Positions 48,611-58,707 of a stretch of DNA of 64,000 nt are shown here, piece by piece. The position numbers and the translations under genes are program-made. This stretch comes from an uncultured Bacteriovoracaceae bacterium. Lineage in GTDB: Bacteria; Bdellovibrionota; Bacteriovoracia; Bacteriovoracales; Bacteriovoracaceae. Every line of letters begins with the position of its first letter. Positions within the stretch are counted from its first letter, which is position 1. Location: positions 48,793-112,792 of the forward strand of contig CAXGUD010000010.1 in assembly GCA_964012805.1 (NCBI GenBank). Direction: 5' to 3'. The notes beneath the pieces are model-generated. The model was not told the origin of the DNA and ran no database searches. It worked only from the letters and a program-made list of their open reading frames with translations.

Positions 48611-50833
48611 ATGACTGATTGGTTAGAAGATGCAAATAGTTCTAAAGACTATCAATCTGAAATCCTTTCATTTTCAACTTATTTTGAAAAATTCCAAAAT
48701 AATCCAGAGAAGGAACTTCGATCTTCGTGTAAGTACCTTTTAGATATGATCAATTACTTTGGAAAAGATGATAATGATCTTTATAATCTATTTACTCTAC
48801 AGCAACCAGACTCTCCTGCGGTCTTCGGTCAGCAGATACCTGAAAAATCAATTATTGAAAATCTTATAAATTTTCTCGAAGAAGGTATCAACAATAAATT
48901 TATCCTTCTTGTAGGTCCAAATGGTTCATCCAAATCAAGTATTGTAAAAAAAATAATGAAGGGTGCTGAAATTTACTCTGAATCGGAGCCTGGATCTCTC
49001 TATTCATTTAGCTGGATTTTTCCAATCGAAAATTATGTAAAAGGCTCTTTAGGTTTAGCAAATTATGTTCCTCAAGATAACCTTACTACATTTGCTCACT
49101 TAGATGATAAAGATATCTCTGCCATTATTGGTTCAGAATTGAAAGATCACCCAATTTTACTTATACCAAAAATAAGTAGACAAAAAATTATAAACGAAGT
49201 TCTCTCAAATAATCCTCAAGTACTAAAATACGTTCAAAAATCTTATCTTTATAGAGGAGACCTCTCTAAAAAAAATAAAATGATTTATGACGCCCTACTG
49301 AAAAACTTTAAAGGAAATCATCAAGAAGTTCTTAAATATATAAGAGTGGAAAGAATTAAAATTAGCAAAAGATACTCGACTAGCGCTGTTACGATAGAGC
49401 CCCAGATTCATCTAGATGCAAGAATGCAACAAATAAGTATGGACAAAAGGCTCGCCAGCTTACCTCCAAGCCTTCAATGTCTTAATTTATTCTCCCTTCA
49501 AGGAGAAATTGTCATGGCCAATAGAGGAATCCTTGAATATTCAGACTTACTAAAAAGACCTCTAGATACTTACAAATATCTTCTCATGACTATGGAAACT
49601 GGAACTATAAATATTCAAGGGATTCTGACTGAATTAGATACCTTCTTTATCGGAACCTCAAATGAGATTCACTTAGCAGCTTTCAAACAGCATCCTGATT
49701 TTAACTCATTTAAAGGACGATTTAATTTTATTAAAGTTCCATACCTTCTTAATCATTTGGAAGAAGAGAAAATTTACAAAGAACAGGTTGAAGGTTTAAA
49801 GGACAAATCTGTTTTCGAACCCCACTCCCTTGAAACCCTTTGTTTATTTTCAACTATGAGCAGACTAAGAGTATGCCAAAGCAAAAACTATTCTAACAAG
49901 AAACTTTCAAATATCGTCACTGGTTTTAACCCTTTAGAAAAATGTCTTCTGCTTAGTAAAAATATACTTCCTGAGAAACTAGATATAGAGTCTAAACAGA
50001 TTCTTCGACATAGCATTGATGAGGTGAGAAACGAGTTTAAAACAGAAAATCTATATGAAGGAAAATTTGGGCTTTCGCCAAGAGATTTAAAAAATATTCT
50101 TTACCAACTATCTTCTACTTACAAAAGAGTCACCTTCATAGAAATAATAGACTTCTTAGGTAAACTGATCCTTCAAAAAAATGATTACGATTTTCTCAAT
50201 ATGACTCCTCAAGGTGATTTCCATAATCCAGTCAGGTTTATTTCATTACTAAAAAACCATAACCTTAACATTTTTGATTTTGAATTAAGGGAAAGCCTAG
50301 GACTAGTTGATAACCGCTCTTACGAAGATTATATAAAAAAATACATTGAAAATATTAATGCCTTTATCAAAGGAGAAAAATTAAAAAATAAAATCACAGG
50401 AAAATTCGAAGAATGCGATGTTTACTTTATAAAAGAGTTTGAAAGCAGTATTACGCTAGAAGAGGAGGCTGAAAAATTTAGGGCCCACCTAATTTCAAAA
50501 TTAGGTGCTTTTGCATTAGACAATCCGAAAAAAGAAATAAAATACTCAGAAGTATTTCCTAACCTCATTCAAAAACTTCAAGAGTCTTTTAGAAAAGAGC
50601 AAAAAAATCTCATTCAAGATATTTCAAAAAACTTAGTCTTTTACGAAGCTCAAATAGACGCGGCGCAAGACAGTCATACAGAAAAGAAACGTCCCTCTAA
50701 AAATGGGCAAAACCTCTCTCAAAAAGAGATTTCTCAAATTACTGCAATTATTAGCAACCTGCAAAAAAAGTTTCAATATACCCGAGAAGGCGCTATCTCA
50801 ATTTTAAAGTATGTGATAAAGGAACGTTACTAG
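48611..50833 (+). CDS. prkA: PrkA/YeaG-family AAA+ serine protein kinase
   Basis: LLVGPNGSSKSS, DHPILLIP, GEIVMANRGILEYSDLLKRP, IGTSNE, VPYLL, GLSPR. Confidence 0.85.
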   Translation: MTDWLEDANSSKDYQSEILSFSTYFEKFQNNPEKELRSSCKYLLDMINYFGKDDNDLYNLFTLQQPDSPAVFGQQIPEKSIIENLINFLEEGINNKFILLVGPNGSSKSSIVKKIMKGAEIYSESEPGSLYSFSWIFPIENYVKGSLGLANYVPQDNLTTFAHLDDKDISAIIGSELKDHPILLIPKISRQKIINEVLSNNPQVLKYVQKSYLYRGDLSKKNKMIYDALLKNFKGNHQEVLKYIRVERIKISKRYSTSAVTIEPQIHLDARMQQISMDKRLASLPPSLQCLNLFSLQGEIVMANRGILEYSDLLKRPLDTYKYLLMTMETGTINIQGILTELDTFFIGTSNEIHLAAFKQHPDFNSFKGRFNFIKVPYLLNHLEEEKIYKEQVEGLKDKSVFEPHSLETLCLFSTMSRLRVCQSKNYSNKKLSNIVTGFNPLEKCLLLSKNILPEKLDIESKQILRHSIDEVRNEFKTENLYEGKFGLSPRDLKNILYQLSSTYKRVTFIEIIDFLGKLILQKNDYDFLNMTPQGDFHNPVRFISLLKNHNLNIFDFELRESLGLVDNRSYEDYIKKYIENINAFIKGEKLKNKITGKFEECDVYFIKEFESSITLEEEAEKFRAHLISKLGAFALDNPKKEIKYSEVFPNLIQKLQESFRKEQKNLIQDISKNLVFYEAQIDAAQDSHTEKKRPSKNGQNLSQKEISQITAIISNLQKKFQYTREGAISILKYVIKERY

Positions 50834-50873
50834 CTTATTTCTCTTTTTGAATTGGCCACTCTTAGGAAATCTC

Positions 50874-51953
50874 ATGCCCATCTTAGAAAAATCCTTTTCC
50901 CCAGAAAAGTATACCGCCATGTACTCCGTGGATGAGAAGTTTGATGGCTTGAGGCTCGATCAATTTATTAAGGAGTACCTACCATCCTTTTCTAGGGAAG
51001 TTATAAAGAGAAAAATCAAGTCCCTAGATGTTTGTATAATTGGTAGACCTTCTCCTCATAGACCTTCTTCAAAGGTTTACTATCAAGAAAAAGTTGAGGT
51101 TAAAATTGTAAAAACAAACCATGAAGATGAATTATGGAGAGGAAATAAACTCAAATTGGAAACTGCTCCAAAAGTTGTTTTTGAAAATGATCTTATGACC
51201 GTGGTTGGAAAACCTGCATTTATGTCTACTCACCCAACTGGGAAACACCTTTTTAATTGTGTGACGGTTTTCTTGGAATCAGAACTTAAAAGAAAAACTT
51301 ACTCTGTCCATAGACTTGATAGAGAAACTTCAGGCCTCCTTATTCAAGGAAAAACACCAGAATCCTCCAGAGTCCTTACAGACTTTTTTGAACAAAGTAG
51401 AGTAAAAAAAGCGTATTTCTTCATTTCAAAAATAAAATCTAAAGAAGCCAAAAAAAATGAATTTACAGCAAGAGAAAGGCTTGATTCCACAAATGAAGGG
51501 CTCAAAAGAGTTTATATTGACTGGCATCCCTTTGATTCAACTCTTGGTAAATCTGCAGAAACTAAATTTAAAATCCTTTTCAAAAACGAAACCTATGCAT
51601 TGGGTTTAGCTTTTCCCAAAACAGGTAGGCAACATCAAATTAGAGTTCATGCAATGGTTCACGGTTACCCTCTTCTAGGAGATAAGCTGTACCTGGGATC
51701 ATTTAAAATGTTTCAACGTTTTAAGGACGGATTTGCAACTACTGAAGATCATGACTTAATGGAGATTCCTAGGCATGCCTTACACGCCGTTGGACTAAAG
51801 ATCCCTAATCTTAAAGATGTCCCTTTTTTACACTGTCCTTTACCAAGTGACCTAGAAGATTGGATAAAAACAAATCTACCAATGCACCCGACCGACCTTG
51901 ATAAACTAGTTAAAAAAGAGCTTCATGAGGCTTTCTCTTCTCCTAGTAAATAG
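50874..51953 (+). CDS. RluA/RluD-family pseudouridine synthase with S4-like N-domain
   Basis: RLDQFI..SR, KPA..THP, VHRLDRETSG, KTGRQHQIRVH, GDKLY, HALHA; start ATG 50874 (ORF track starts at TTG 50847). Confidence 0.93.
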   Translation: MPILEKSFSPEKYTAMYSVDEKFDGLRLDQFIKEYLPSFSREVIKRKIKSLDVCIIGRPSPHRPSSKVYYQEKVEVKIVKTNHEDELWRGNKLKLETAPKVVFENDLMTVVGKPAFMSTHPTGKHLFNCVTVFLESELKRKTYSVHRLDRETSGLLIQGKTPESSRVLTDFFEQSRVKKAYFFISKIKSKEAKKNEFTARERLDSTNEGLKRVYIDWHPFDSTLGKSAETKFKILFKNETYALGLAFPKTGRQHQIRVHAMVHGYPLLGDKLYLGSFKMFQRFKDGFATTEDHDLMEIPRHALHAVGLKIPNLKDVPFLHCPLPSDLEDWIKTNLPMHPTDLDKLVKKELHEAFSSPSK

Positions 51954-52672
51954 TTTAAAACTCCCTTAACACCACTATTTTCATTTCCTTGCAGTATAAC
52001 TTTAGGGTGGTACTGCATACAATCAAGATGAGATTGAATATTGCTTACCCCAACACTATTAGGGAAACATTCAAAAACACTTTCATCATTAGGAGCGTCC
52101 CCAAAAAAAAGACAATCACCTACCTCATAGCTCGGGTACTTTTTTCTTAGAAAGTATTTCATTGCCCGGCTTTTAGAAATTTCTCCCTTCCAAAAATTTA
52201 AATGCACATTTGATGAAGAAAAATTCAGTCCCTTTTCTCTCAAAAAATCTTCCACCCGTTTTTTTAAACCTTCTTTACCTTCGAATTTATAAAGGTCTAT
52301 GGCCCTATCCGTTCTTCTTCCAAAAGAGTCTAGAGATAAAGAACAATCAAAAGACCTTACTAGTTCAGAAGCGACTTTTTCCAATAGAGAATAATCCTCT
52401 TCTAGTACGAGGTTTTCTTCTACCATTCTTTCATTCAAATCCCTAAAAAGTATGACCCCTCCGCCCTCACAAATGACCGAATCAATTTGGGGGAAATGGG
52501 TTAAAAAAAAGTGCCCCCAAGAAAGAGACCTTCCTGTAACAATACTTAGAGGAATTCCCTTTTTTCGAAGGAAGCTCAAAACGGACATAAAATGGTTAGA
52601 AAGAGACCCATCCAAGTCTGTCAGGGTCCCATCAAAATCTGAAAATACTATTTTTACTGTCAAGGAATTCAA
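51923..52672 (-). CDS. HAD-superfamily hydrolase, subfamily IIB
   Basis: FSDFDGTLT, VTGR, SK, FFGDAPND. Confidence 0.9.
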   Translation of the reverse strand: MNSLTVKIVFSDFDGTLTDLDGSLSNHFMSVLSFLRKKGIPLSIVTGRSLSWGHFFLTHFPQIDSVICEGGGVILFRDLNERMVEENLVLEEDYSLLEKVASELVRSFDCSLSLDSFGRRTDRAIDLYKFEGKEGLKKRVEDFLREKGLNFSSSNVHLNFWKGEISKSRAMKYFLRKKYPSYEVGDCLFFGDAPNDESVFECFPNSVGVSNIQSHLDCMQYHPKVILQGNENSGVKGVLNYLLGEEKAS

Positions 52673-52674
52673 AG

Positions 52675-53298
52675 TTAATTCATCGGGAAAGCAAGGCCCA
52701 TATAAAGACCTGAATAACTATCCTTAAGGTTTAGCTTACCTTCAAGGTTAGCTGTCAAATGTCCATATCCTTTCATAGGAATCTTACCAGTGATCCCCAT
52801 CGATAAATTTGCAATAGTTTCATAAGATTTTTCAGAACCATCTAAGCTAATGGCCAAAGGAATAGAAGCATAAGGAAAACCTTCATAGCCCCAAAAACTA
52901 AAGCCTTTTGAAAAAATAGGAGTTACTCCAAACACATTTTTTCTTGTATCCCCATCTTTAACGTTTTGCAAAACACCCTTCACAGAAAACCTCGGTTGCT
53001 TCATATAATCTGGGAAGAACTCATAATCTAAACCAGCAAATACTCTTCCAGAAAATCGACCTCCAGAAATCCCAATTCCCCCATCAAGAGTCATCCTAGA
53101 GTGAAGTTTCTGAGTAAACCGACCCTGAACTCCAACTCCTCCGCTAGAACTTAAATTCCCAGTCATTTCTAAAGAAACAAACTTTTTATCTATCATTAAA
53201 GGATATGAGGAAAACCCAACCCCAGAAGACAGCGCATTATAAGAAAAGAAAGTGAACAAAAATAATAACGCACCAAGAAAAAAGTTAAACAACCTCAT
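52675..53298 (-). CDS. Outer-membrane beta-barrel-like protein
   Basis: Start MRLFN at 53298 behind GGAGGG (ORF track extends to 53331); signal peptide; Gly and aromatic amphipathic strands. Confidence 0.65.
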   Translation of the reverse strand: MRLFNFFLGALLFLFTFFSYNALSSGVGFSSYPLMIDKKFVSLEMTGNLSSSGGVGVQGRFTQKLHSRMTLDGGIGISGGRFSGRVFAGLDYEFFPDYMKQPRFSVKGVLQNVKDGDTRKNVFGVTPIFSKGFSFWGYEGFPYASIPLAISLDGSEKSYETIANLSMGITGKIPMKGYGHLTANLEGKLNLKDSYSGLYMGLAFPMN

Positions 53299-53436
53299 AA
53301 TACCCTCCAAATTCTCGCTATCAAGAACCAAATTTTAGGACAATATACTTCTAAAAAAATTAACACGCCTACAGTCAGAGTTAAATCCCCAAAAGTGATT
53401 ATCTCTCCCTTTTTTACTAAAAATCTCTTTAGCCTA

Positions 53437-53465
53437 TTGACGAGAAACGGGCCAAGAACTATAAA
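53437..53465 (+). promoter_or_regulatory. Sigma-70 promoter of tRNA-His
   Basis: TTGACG-N17-TATAAA, ending 18 nt before the tRNA. Confidence 0.7.
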
Positions 53466-53482
53466 GTCTACACTATTATTGT

Positions 53483-53559
53483 GGTGGCCGTAGTTCAGTT
53501 GGTAGAGCGCCAGATTGTGATTCTGGTTGTCGTGGGTTCGAGTCCCATCGGCCACCCCA
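53483..53559 (+). tRNA. tRNA-His (GTG) with encoded G-1 and C73
   Basis: G-GTGGCCG..CCAGA-TT-GTG-AT-TCTGG..GGTTCGAGTCC..CGGCCAC-C-CCA. Confidence 0.97.
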
Positions 53560-53767
53560 CTATTTTTTAGTCTAAAAGTAAAACCTCTATAAAGTTAATT
53601 CCATTGAATTCCTATTTTTTAAAAGCACTCCAATAAAGTAGAAAATTTCTCTTGAAAGATATTTCCTTAAATGCACCTTGCAGAGCAGTTGGGTATTAAG
53701 AAAGGGCCATAATGACATCAAATTTAAACAATCTGACACCTTATTTTGCTCTAAATAGATTTCATTT

Positions 53768-53783
53768 TGGCATGATGATTGCT
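53768..53783 (+). promoter_or_regulatory. Sigma-54 (RpoN) -24/-12 promoter for the DUF4360 gene
   Basis: TGGCATGATGATTGCT gives exact GG-N10-GC spacing and a near-consensus match to TGGCAC-N5-TTGCW. Confidence 0.7.
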
Positions 53784-53829
53784 TTGTAGTAAATAACTAG
53801 TACCAAAAAGAAAACCTTTAAAGGAGGAA

Positions 53830-54447
53830 GTGAAAATGAAAAAGTCGTTACTAAAAGTTCTATCACTATTTTTTGTCCTTGGTCTTATAAGTGCTGAAAC
53901 TATGGCCGATTCAGATGACATTAGATTAGGAAGACCTGGCTACGGCGGAAATGGTTGTCCGGCAGGAAGTGCTTCAGCGACACTAAGCCCAGATAGAAAA
54001 GCTCTTAGTATAATTTTCGACGAATTTATGGTTGAAGCAGGTGGAAGCACACGACGGAAAGTATCAAGAAAGTCATGTAACATTGCAATTCCTGTTCATG
54101 TTCCTCAAGGTCTAAGTGTCTCAATTATTGCTGTTGATTACAGAGGTTTTAATTCACTACCAAGAAGAGCAAGTGCAAGGTTTACTGCAGAGTACTTTTT
54201 TGCTGGAAGAAGAGGTCCTAAGTACCAAAAAACATTTAGAGGTCCAGTTGATGATGACTACACTATAACTAATAAGCTTGCTGTATCTGCTATCTCTTGG
54301 TCTAGATGTGGTGAAGATGTTAACCTTAGAGTTAACTCAAGCATGATGGTTAGAAACTCTAACAGAAGAACTGAAGCACTTTCTACAGTTGATTCAGCTG
54401 ACTTCAATGCTGGCCTTATCTACAGACTTTCATGGAGGAGATGTTAA
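53830..54447 (+). CDS. Secreted DUF4360-family protein
   Basis: Signal peptide; YGGNGCPAGS, RKSCNIAIPVHVPQG.SVS...DYRG, WSRCG, C-terminal WRRC; strong AAGGAGG RBS. Confidence 0.88.
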   Translation: MKMKKSLLKVLSLFFVLGLISAETMADSDDIRLGRPGYGGNGCPAGSASATLSPDRKALSIIFDEFMVEAGGSTRRKVSRKSCNIAIPVHVPQGLSVSIIAVDYRGFNSLPRRASARFTAEYFFAGRRGPKYQKTFRGPVDDDYTITNKLAVSAISWSRCGEDVNLRVNSSMMVRNSNRRTEALSTVDSADFNAGLIYRLSWRRC

Positions 54448-54488
54448 TCTCTCTAGAAGTTCACACTTTTAAATTAATTTAATTATAC

Positions 54489-54526
54489 AAAAGAGGAGCC
54501 TCCAAATTTAAGGAGGCTTCTTTTTT
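54489..54526. terminator. Bidirectional rho-independent terminator between the convergent DUF4360 and MltD-like genes
   Basis: AAAAGAGGAGCCTCC-aaatttaa-GGAGGCTTCTTTTTT. Confidence 0.8.
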
Positions 54527-56409
54527 CAAAGTGATTTCACTTTAGGAAAGGTTATTTTTTGGCCAACAGACAAATTTTGACTAAATAAGTTGGCTCCTCT
54601 TACAAGCCATAAAGGTAACTCGAGCTTTTTAGATATAAACTCCAAGGTGTCCCCTCTTTTAACAACATAATCAAAAGACCCATGGACCTCATTTTTTTCT
54701 ACAAAGGAGAGGTATTTTTGCTTATGAAAAGCTTTTCTCTTAAAAATAAACTCCTTTAGACCTTTCTCATCTAGAGGAAGAATGATTCTTTGTCCAACTT
54801 GCAACCTTTTAGGATTTATCCAACCATTAAGGACTAAAACGCTATTTAACGGCGCTCCAGACCAATCTGAAAAGTGACCTAGTGTCTCTCCAAGCTCAAG
54901 AAAAAATTCATAGGTTTTCCTTCCCACCTTCTTGGTTCTAAAGTCAAAATAACTTTCCATTGTATTCAGAGAGTATAGCCCCCCAAGTTTTTTTGATGAT
55001 CTTTGATCTAATATTTGTTCACCTTTAAAAACTTCATCCATTGTCATAAGCCTAAAATTCTTATTCGCTCCCACCCCACGAACCGTAGGTACTTTGCTTT
55101 TTCTCAATTTAATCTCTTGTCCTGGAAAAAGAATATCGTAGGAAGAGAGGTTATTAATTTGCATAAGCTCTGCCATGTCTTTTTTGTGTAGTTTAGATAT
55201 AGAATAAAGACTCTCTCCACTCCTAACAATATGGTTTGTAGCAACTTTCTTTCTTAAATTAAAGGTAGGCTTTATTTTTTCTAACTTTAGCCTAAGCTGG
55301 CCTAATAAGATGTCATCTTTTTTTGGAATTTTTAAATTATAGCCACTTGGTATTTTGTAATTTCTTCTAAATACATGAGGCCTTATCCTAGGGTTCAGAA
55401 ACTGTAATTTCCTAAGACCTACACCTAAAACTTTAGAAAGGTGCCTGACCTTAATAGTATTTGGTAATTTGATTTCGGAAACCTCTTCCAAAGCCAACTT
55501 CACCTGAGGACCAAAATACCTTTCTGGTTTTTTTGAAACCTCAACAACGGCCATAAATGAAGCGTAAAAGTTTTTTGATGCAAATCCAAAGCGTCTTCCC
55601 TGGTATTTTTTTACAATTTCTCCTATATCAGTTGTATTCAATTGCTTAATGGCCCTCAAAAGACTTCTTGCTCCATGATTATAAGCAGTAATAGCGAGAG
55701 GCCAAGCTCCTAGTTTTTTAAAATTTGTTTTTAAAAGCCTCCCAGCAGCCCTGGTAGAAAGATATGGATCTCTCCTCTCATCGATTAAATAATTCATTTT
55801 CATTTTGTACAGTCTTGCGGTACTTCTCATAAACTGCCACATACCAGCAGCTCCCACCTTTGAATATGCAAGAAAATTAAAAGAACTCTCTACATGAGGC
55901 AAGTAAGCCAACTCTTCAGGGATCCCTTGGGCGGAAAACTCTTTTCTTATGTAGTCTAAATAATAATACGACCTTCCCAGTCCTTCATAATATCGGTCCC
56001 TCATTCCTCGCTGAAACCTTACTCTTCGACTCATCATCCTCAATTTTTCAAGAGCAGGTCTACCAATCGACTCATAAAACTTTTTTTCATCCTCTAAAAG
56101 GTTTTGCGCTTTTTTAAACACTATATTTATCATCAATTTGCGCAACTTTGATTTCTCTTTTTTAACAAACCGGACTCTTCCTCTTCTAGACATCCCCTCT
56201 ATATTGATTTTTTTGTAAATTACCGATAAATCTTCACTGTCATGAATATAACCTTCATTGCTTGAAATTTTGACAAATACCTTTTTCCAAAATTCGATCC
56301 TTACTCTCATTTCTTGATCAATAGGAAAATGGGGACTTGAACCAGAGGACGCAGTGCACGAAAAAGATAAAGTTAGACAAAAGAAAAAAAGAAAAATCAT
56401 TTTCTTCAT
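54526..56409 (-). CDS. Lytic murein transglycosylase (MltD-like, SLT domain plus LysM domains)
   Basis: LPHVESSF (catalytic Glu), GAAGMWQFM, DERRDP, AITAYNHG; LysM-like HIVRSGESL and YVVKRGDTL. Confidence 0.9.
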   Translation of the reverse strand: MKKMIFLFFFCLTLSFSCTASSGSSPHFPIDQEMRVRIEFWKKVFVKISSNEGYIHDSEDLSVIYKKINIEGMSRRGRVRFVKKEKSKLRKLMINIVFKKAQNLLEDEKKFYESIGRPALEKLRMMSRRVRFQRGMRDRYYEGLGRSYYYLDYIRKEFSAQGIPEELAYLPHVESSFNFLAYSKVGAAGMWQFMRSTARLYKMKMNYLIDERRDPYLSTRAAGRLLKTNFKKLGAWPLAITAYNHGARSLLRAIKQLNTTDIGEIVKKYQGRRFGFASKNFYASFMAVVEVSKKPERYFGPQVKLALEEVSEIKLPNTIKVRHLSKVLGVGLRKLQFLNPRIRPHVFRRNYKIPSGYNLKIPKKDDILLGQLRLKLEKIKPTFNLRKKVATNHIVRSGESLYSISKLHKKDMAELMQINNLSSYDILFPGQEIKLRKSKVPTVRGVGANKNFRLMTMDEVFKGEQILDQRSSKKLGGLYSLNTMESYFDFRTKKVGRKTYEFFLELGETLGHFSDWSGAPLNSVLVLNGWINPKRLQVGQRIILPLDEKGLKEFIFKRKAFHKQKYLSFVEKNEVHGSFDYVVKRGDTLEFISKKLELPLWLVRGANLFSQNLSVGQKITFPKVKSL

Positions 56410-56556
56410 AAAAACCCACGTTTTATTTAAGTTTCTTCCCTTATATTCTTATTTTAATTCAAAAAAGAGTCAAAGATCAATTCACAAAATAATACAAGGC
56501 GTCTACCAAAAGAGACTAAAAGCAAGGTATGTCTTATATAAAAGGAGAAATAGACC

Positions 56557-56814
56557 ATGAGTATAAAATTTCTTGTTGCAGTTATGGGAGTAATTCTTTT
56601 ATCACTCTATGCTTTTTTGAAAATGTACAGACCGAAAGAAGAACTCCAAATGGCCCTTGAAGCGGACTACATTGAAAGTTTAAAAAAGTATTACTCCAAC
56701 AAAGATATGAAAATCCAAAAGCATATATTTGACGTTGGAACAAAGTATGGAGCTGCTTTAGGAATGACAAAAGAAAATACTCTTAAAATGATTCAAAAAG
56801 ACTTAGGGCAATAA
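56557..56814 (+). CDS. Small hypothetical membrane-anchored protein
   Basis: AAGGAG RBS, N-terminal TM helix, fills an intergenic gap. Confidence 0.6.
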   Translation: MSIKFLVAVMGVILLSLYAFLKMYRPKEELQMALEADYIESLKKYYSNKDMKIQKHIFDVGTKYGAALGMTKENTLKMIQKDLGQ

Positions 56815-56896
56815 AAAAGGGCTCCAAAACTATAACTTCTCTCCAATGCAAAAAATGATATAATGTTGAGAGTAACTCAATCCTGGAAGAAGTATT

Positions 56897-57796
56897 GTGA
56901 AACAGATCCTCATCGCTTTATGTCTAGTAGGACTCCTAACAACATCATGCAAGCCTACACAATTAGGGTCTAAGGTTAACCCAATAGCGATCTACTTTAC
57001 TCCTTCAGTAGATGCGCAAGTCATTGAAGAAAACTCAAGAACCTTTATAAAGTACCTGGAAAAACATACAAATCTTTCTTTTAAGGCACATATTCCTTCT
57101 GACTACTTCACTGTTATTGAAGCACTTGGCTCAAAAAGAGCTGATATTTGCATCATGAACTCCTTTGGATACCTCTTGGCCAACCAAAAGTTTGGAGCAA
57201 AAGCCAAGCTTAAAGTGATAAGAAGAGGTAAGGACTACTACAGAGGCCAAATCATAGCCCACATTGACAGTAAAATAGAAACAATTAGGGATATTGAAGG
57301 GAAAAAATTTGCTTTTACAAACCCTGCTTCAACATCGGGCTTCCTTTTTCCTCTTAAAATTTTAGTGGATAATAAAGTGACTCCAAAAAGCACTACTTAT
57401 GCAAAAAGTCATTCGGGAGTTGTGAAAATGATCTATAATAAAAAAGTAGATGCTGGAGCAACTTTTTACTCAAGCCCATCAGGAGATGGCACTATCAGAG
57501 ATGCTAGGGTTCTCATAAAAGAGAAACATCCGGATGTTGTTGAGCAAATAAAAATTATAGAAATTACAGAAAATATTCCCAATGATCCATTCGTGTTTAG
57601 AAAAAACTTTCCAGAAAACTTAGAGAAAAAGTTTGTAATGGCACTAAAAAAGTTCCTTCAAACTAAAAATGGAAAAAAAGCTTTTGAAAATATTTATGGA
57701 GTAACAGGTGTAGTTAATGCTGAAGATGCAAATTATAATGCTCTCAGAGACCTTATAAAAAAAGTCAATATAGACATTAAAAAGCTCATCAATTAG
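56897..57796 (+). CDS. Phosphate/phosphite/phosphonate ABC substrate-binding lipoprotein (PhnD-like)
   Basis: Lipobox TTSC; DY..VIEAL, YRGQII, STSGFLFP, H..V...Y..KVDAGA, IPNDP. Confidence 0.85.
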   Translation: MKQILIALCLVGLLTTSCKPTQLGSKVNPIAIYFTPSVDAQVIEENSRTFIKYLEKHTNLSFKAHIPSDYFTVIEALGSKRADICIMNSFGYLLANQKFGAKAKLKVIRRGKDYYRGQIIAHIDSKIETIRDIEGKKFAFTNPASTSGFLFPLKILVDNKVTPKSTTYAKSHSGVVKMIYNKKVDAGATFYSSPSGDGTIRDARVLIKEKHPDVVEQIKIIEITENIPNDPFVFRKNFPENLEKKFVMALKKFLQTKNGKKAFENIYGVTGVVNAEDANYNALRDLIKKVNIDIKKLIN

Positions 57797-57922
57797 CCGC
57801 CGCATTAAATCTTTACTTTTATTCTTTCAATTCTATCCATTACAATTTATAACACGGCAAAACTTAGCGTTCTGAAAGCTATTAACCAGATATAAATTAA
57901 TTTAAACTTAAAAAAATAAGCT

Positions 57923-58237
57923 ATGGAAAAACAAAACTTTGAACAACTTTACAAAAAATTGAAAGAAGAGAGGTCAGAAACGACTCTCAAAGACCTTGAG
58001 GTTCATCAGAAAAGAAGGGCCATTATCTTAGTTTCGGAAACTATAGATATAGTCAAAGTTGGAACTCATATTGCCCTTGATGATAAAGCTATCATTGAAA
58101 CCTGGTTGGAACAAAAATTAGTTCAAAACCTTGAAGACCATGAATTTGAAAAGTTAAAATCAATGGACAATAAAATGGTTTCATTTATAATAATCCAACC
58201 TTTTGTCTTAATTCAGTTGTATTCGACTAAACATTAA
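57923..58237 (+). CDS. DUF2288-family protein
   Basis: L..H..R.AIILV...DIV.VG..IA.DD...I..WL and IIQPFVLIQ pattern. Confidence 0.75.
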   Translation: MEKQNFEQLYKKLKEERSETTLKDLEVHQKRRAIILVSETIDIVKVGTHIALDDKAIIETWLEQKLVQNLEDHEFEKLKSMDNKMVSFIIIQPFVLIQLYSTKH

Positions 58238-58251
58238 TAGAGGACAAGCAA

Positions 58252-58704
58252 TTGCAAAAACCAATAATACTTCTGTTCGCTTTTTGTTTTATTTTTACCT
58301 CATGCAAAGATCGCCCTGCAAAAGGCTTGGGTCTCACACCAGAGAATAAGTTTTTTCCTTGTCCTAAAACACCGAACTGTGTTTCAAGCTTTGAGAACCC
58401 AAATGATGAAGAACACTTCATTAGCCCAATTAAATTTTTTGGTGGAAAAGAAGCAACAATCAAAAAGCTCGAAAAGCTCATTGGAGCAAACCCTAACGCA
58501 AAAATTGTTGAGAAAAAAGAAAACTATCTGAGAGCAGAATATACATCTTCAATTTTTAAATTTGTGGATGATATTCAGTTCTACTTTGGGCAAGAAAGTA
58601 CCATTCACGTAAGATCTGCTTCAAGAGTCGGACGTAGGGACTTTGGGAAAAATAGAGAAAGAGTTAGGGAAATAGAATTTGCACTCCAACAAAGCGCAAA
58701 TTAA
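58252..58704 (+). CDS. DUF1499-family lipoprotein
   Basis: Lipobox FTSC; PCPKTPNCVSS, FKFVDD, IHVRSASRVG..DFGKNRERV. Confidence 0.9.
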   Translation: MQKPIILLFAFCFIFTSCKDRPAKGLGLTPENKFFPCPKTPNCVSSFENPNDEEHFISPIKFFGGKEATIKKLEKLIGANPNAKIVEKKENYLRAEYTSSIFKFVDDIQFYFGQESTIHVRSASRVGRRDFGKNRERVREIEFALQQSAN

Positions 58705-58707
58705 AAA

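Noticed and set aside
53295..53555. 86-aa minus-strand ORF
   Set aside because: Overlaps tRNA-His antisense and its promoter; spurious
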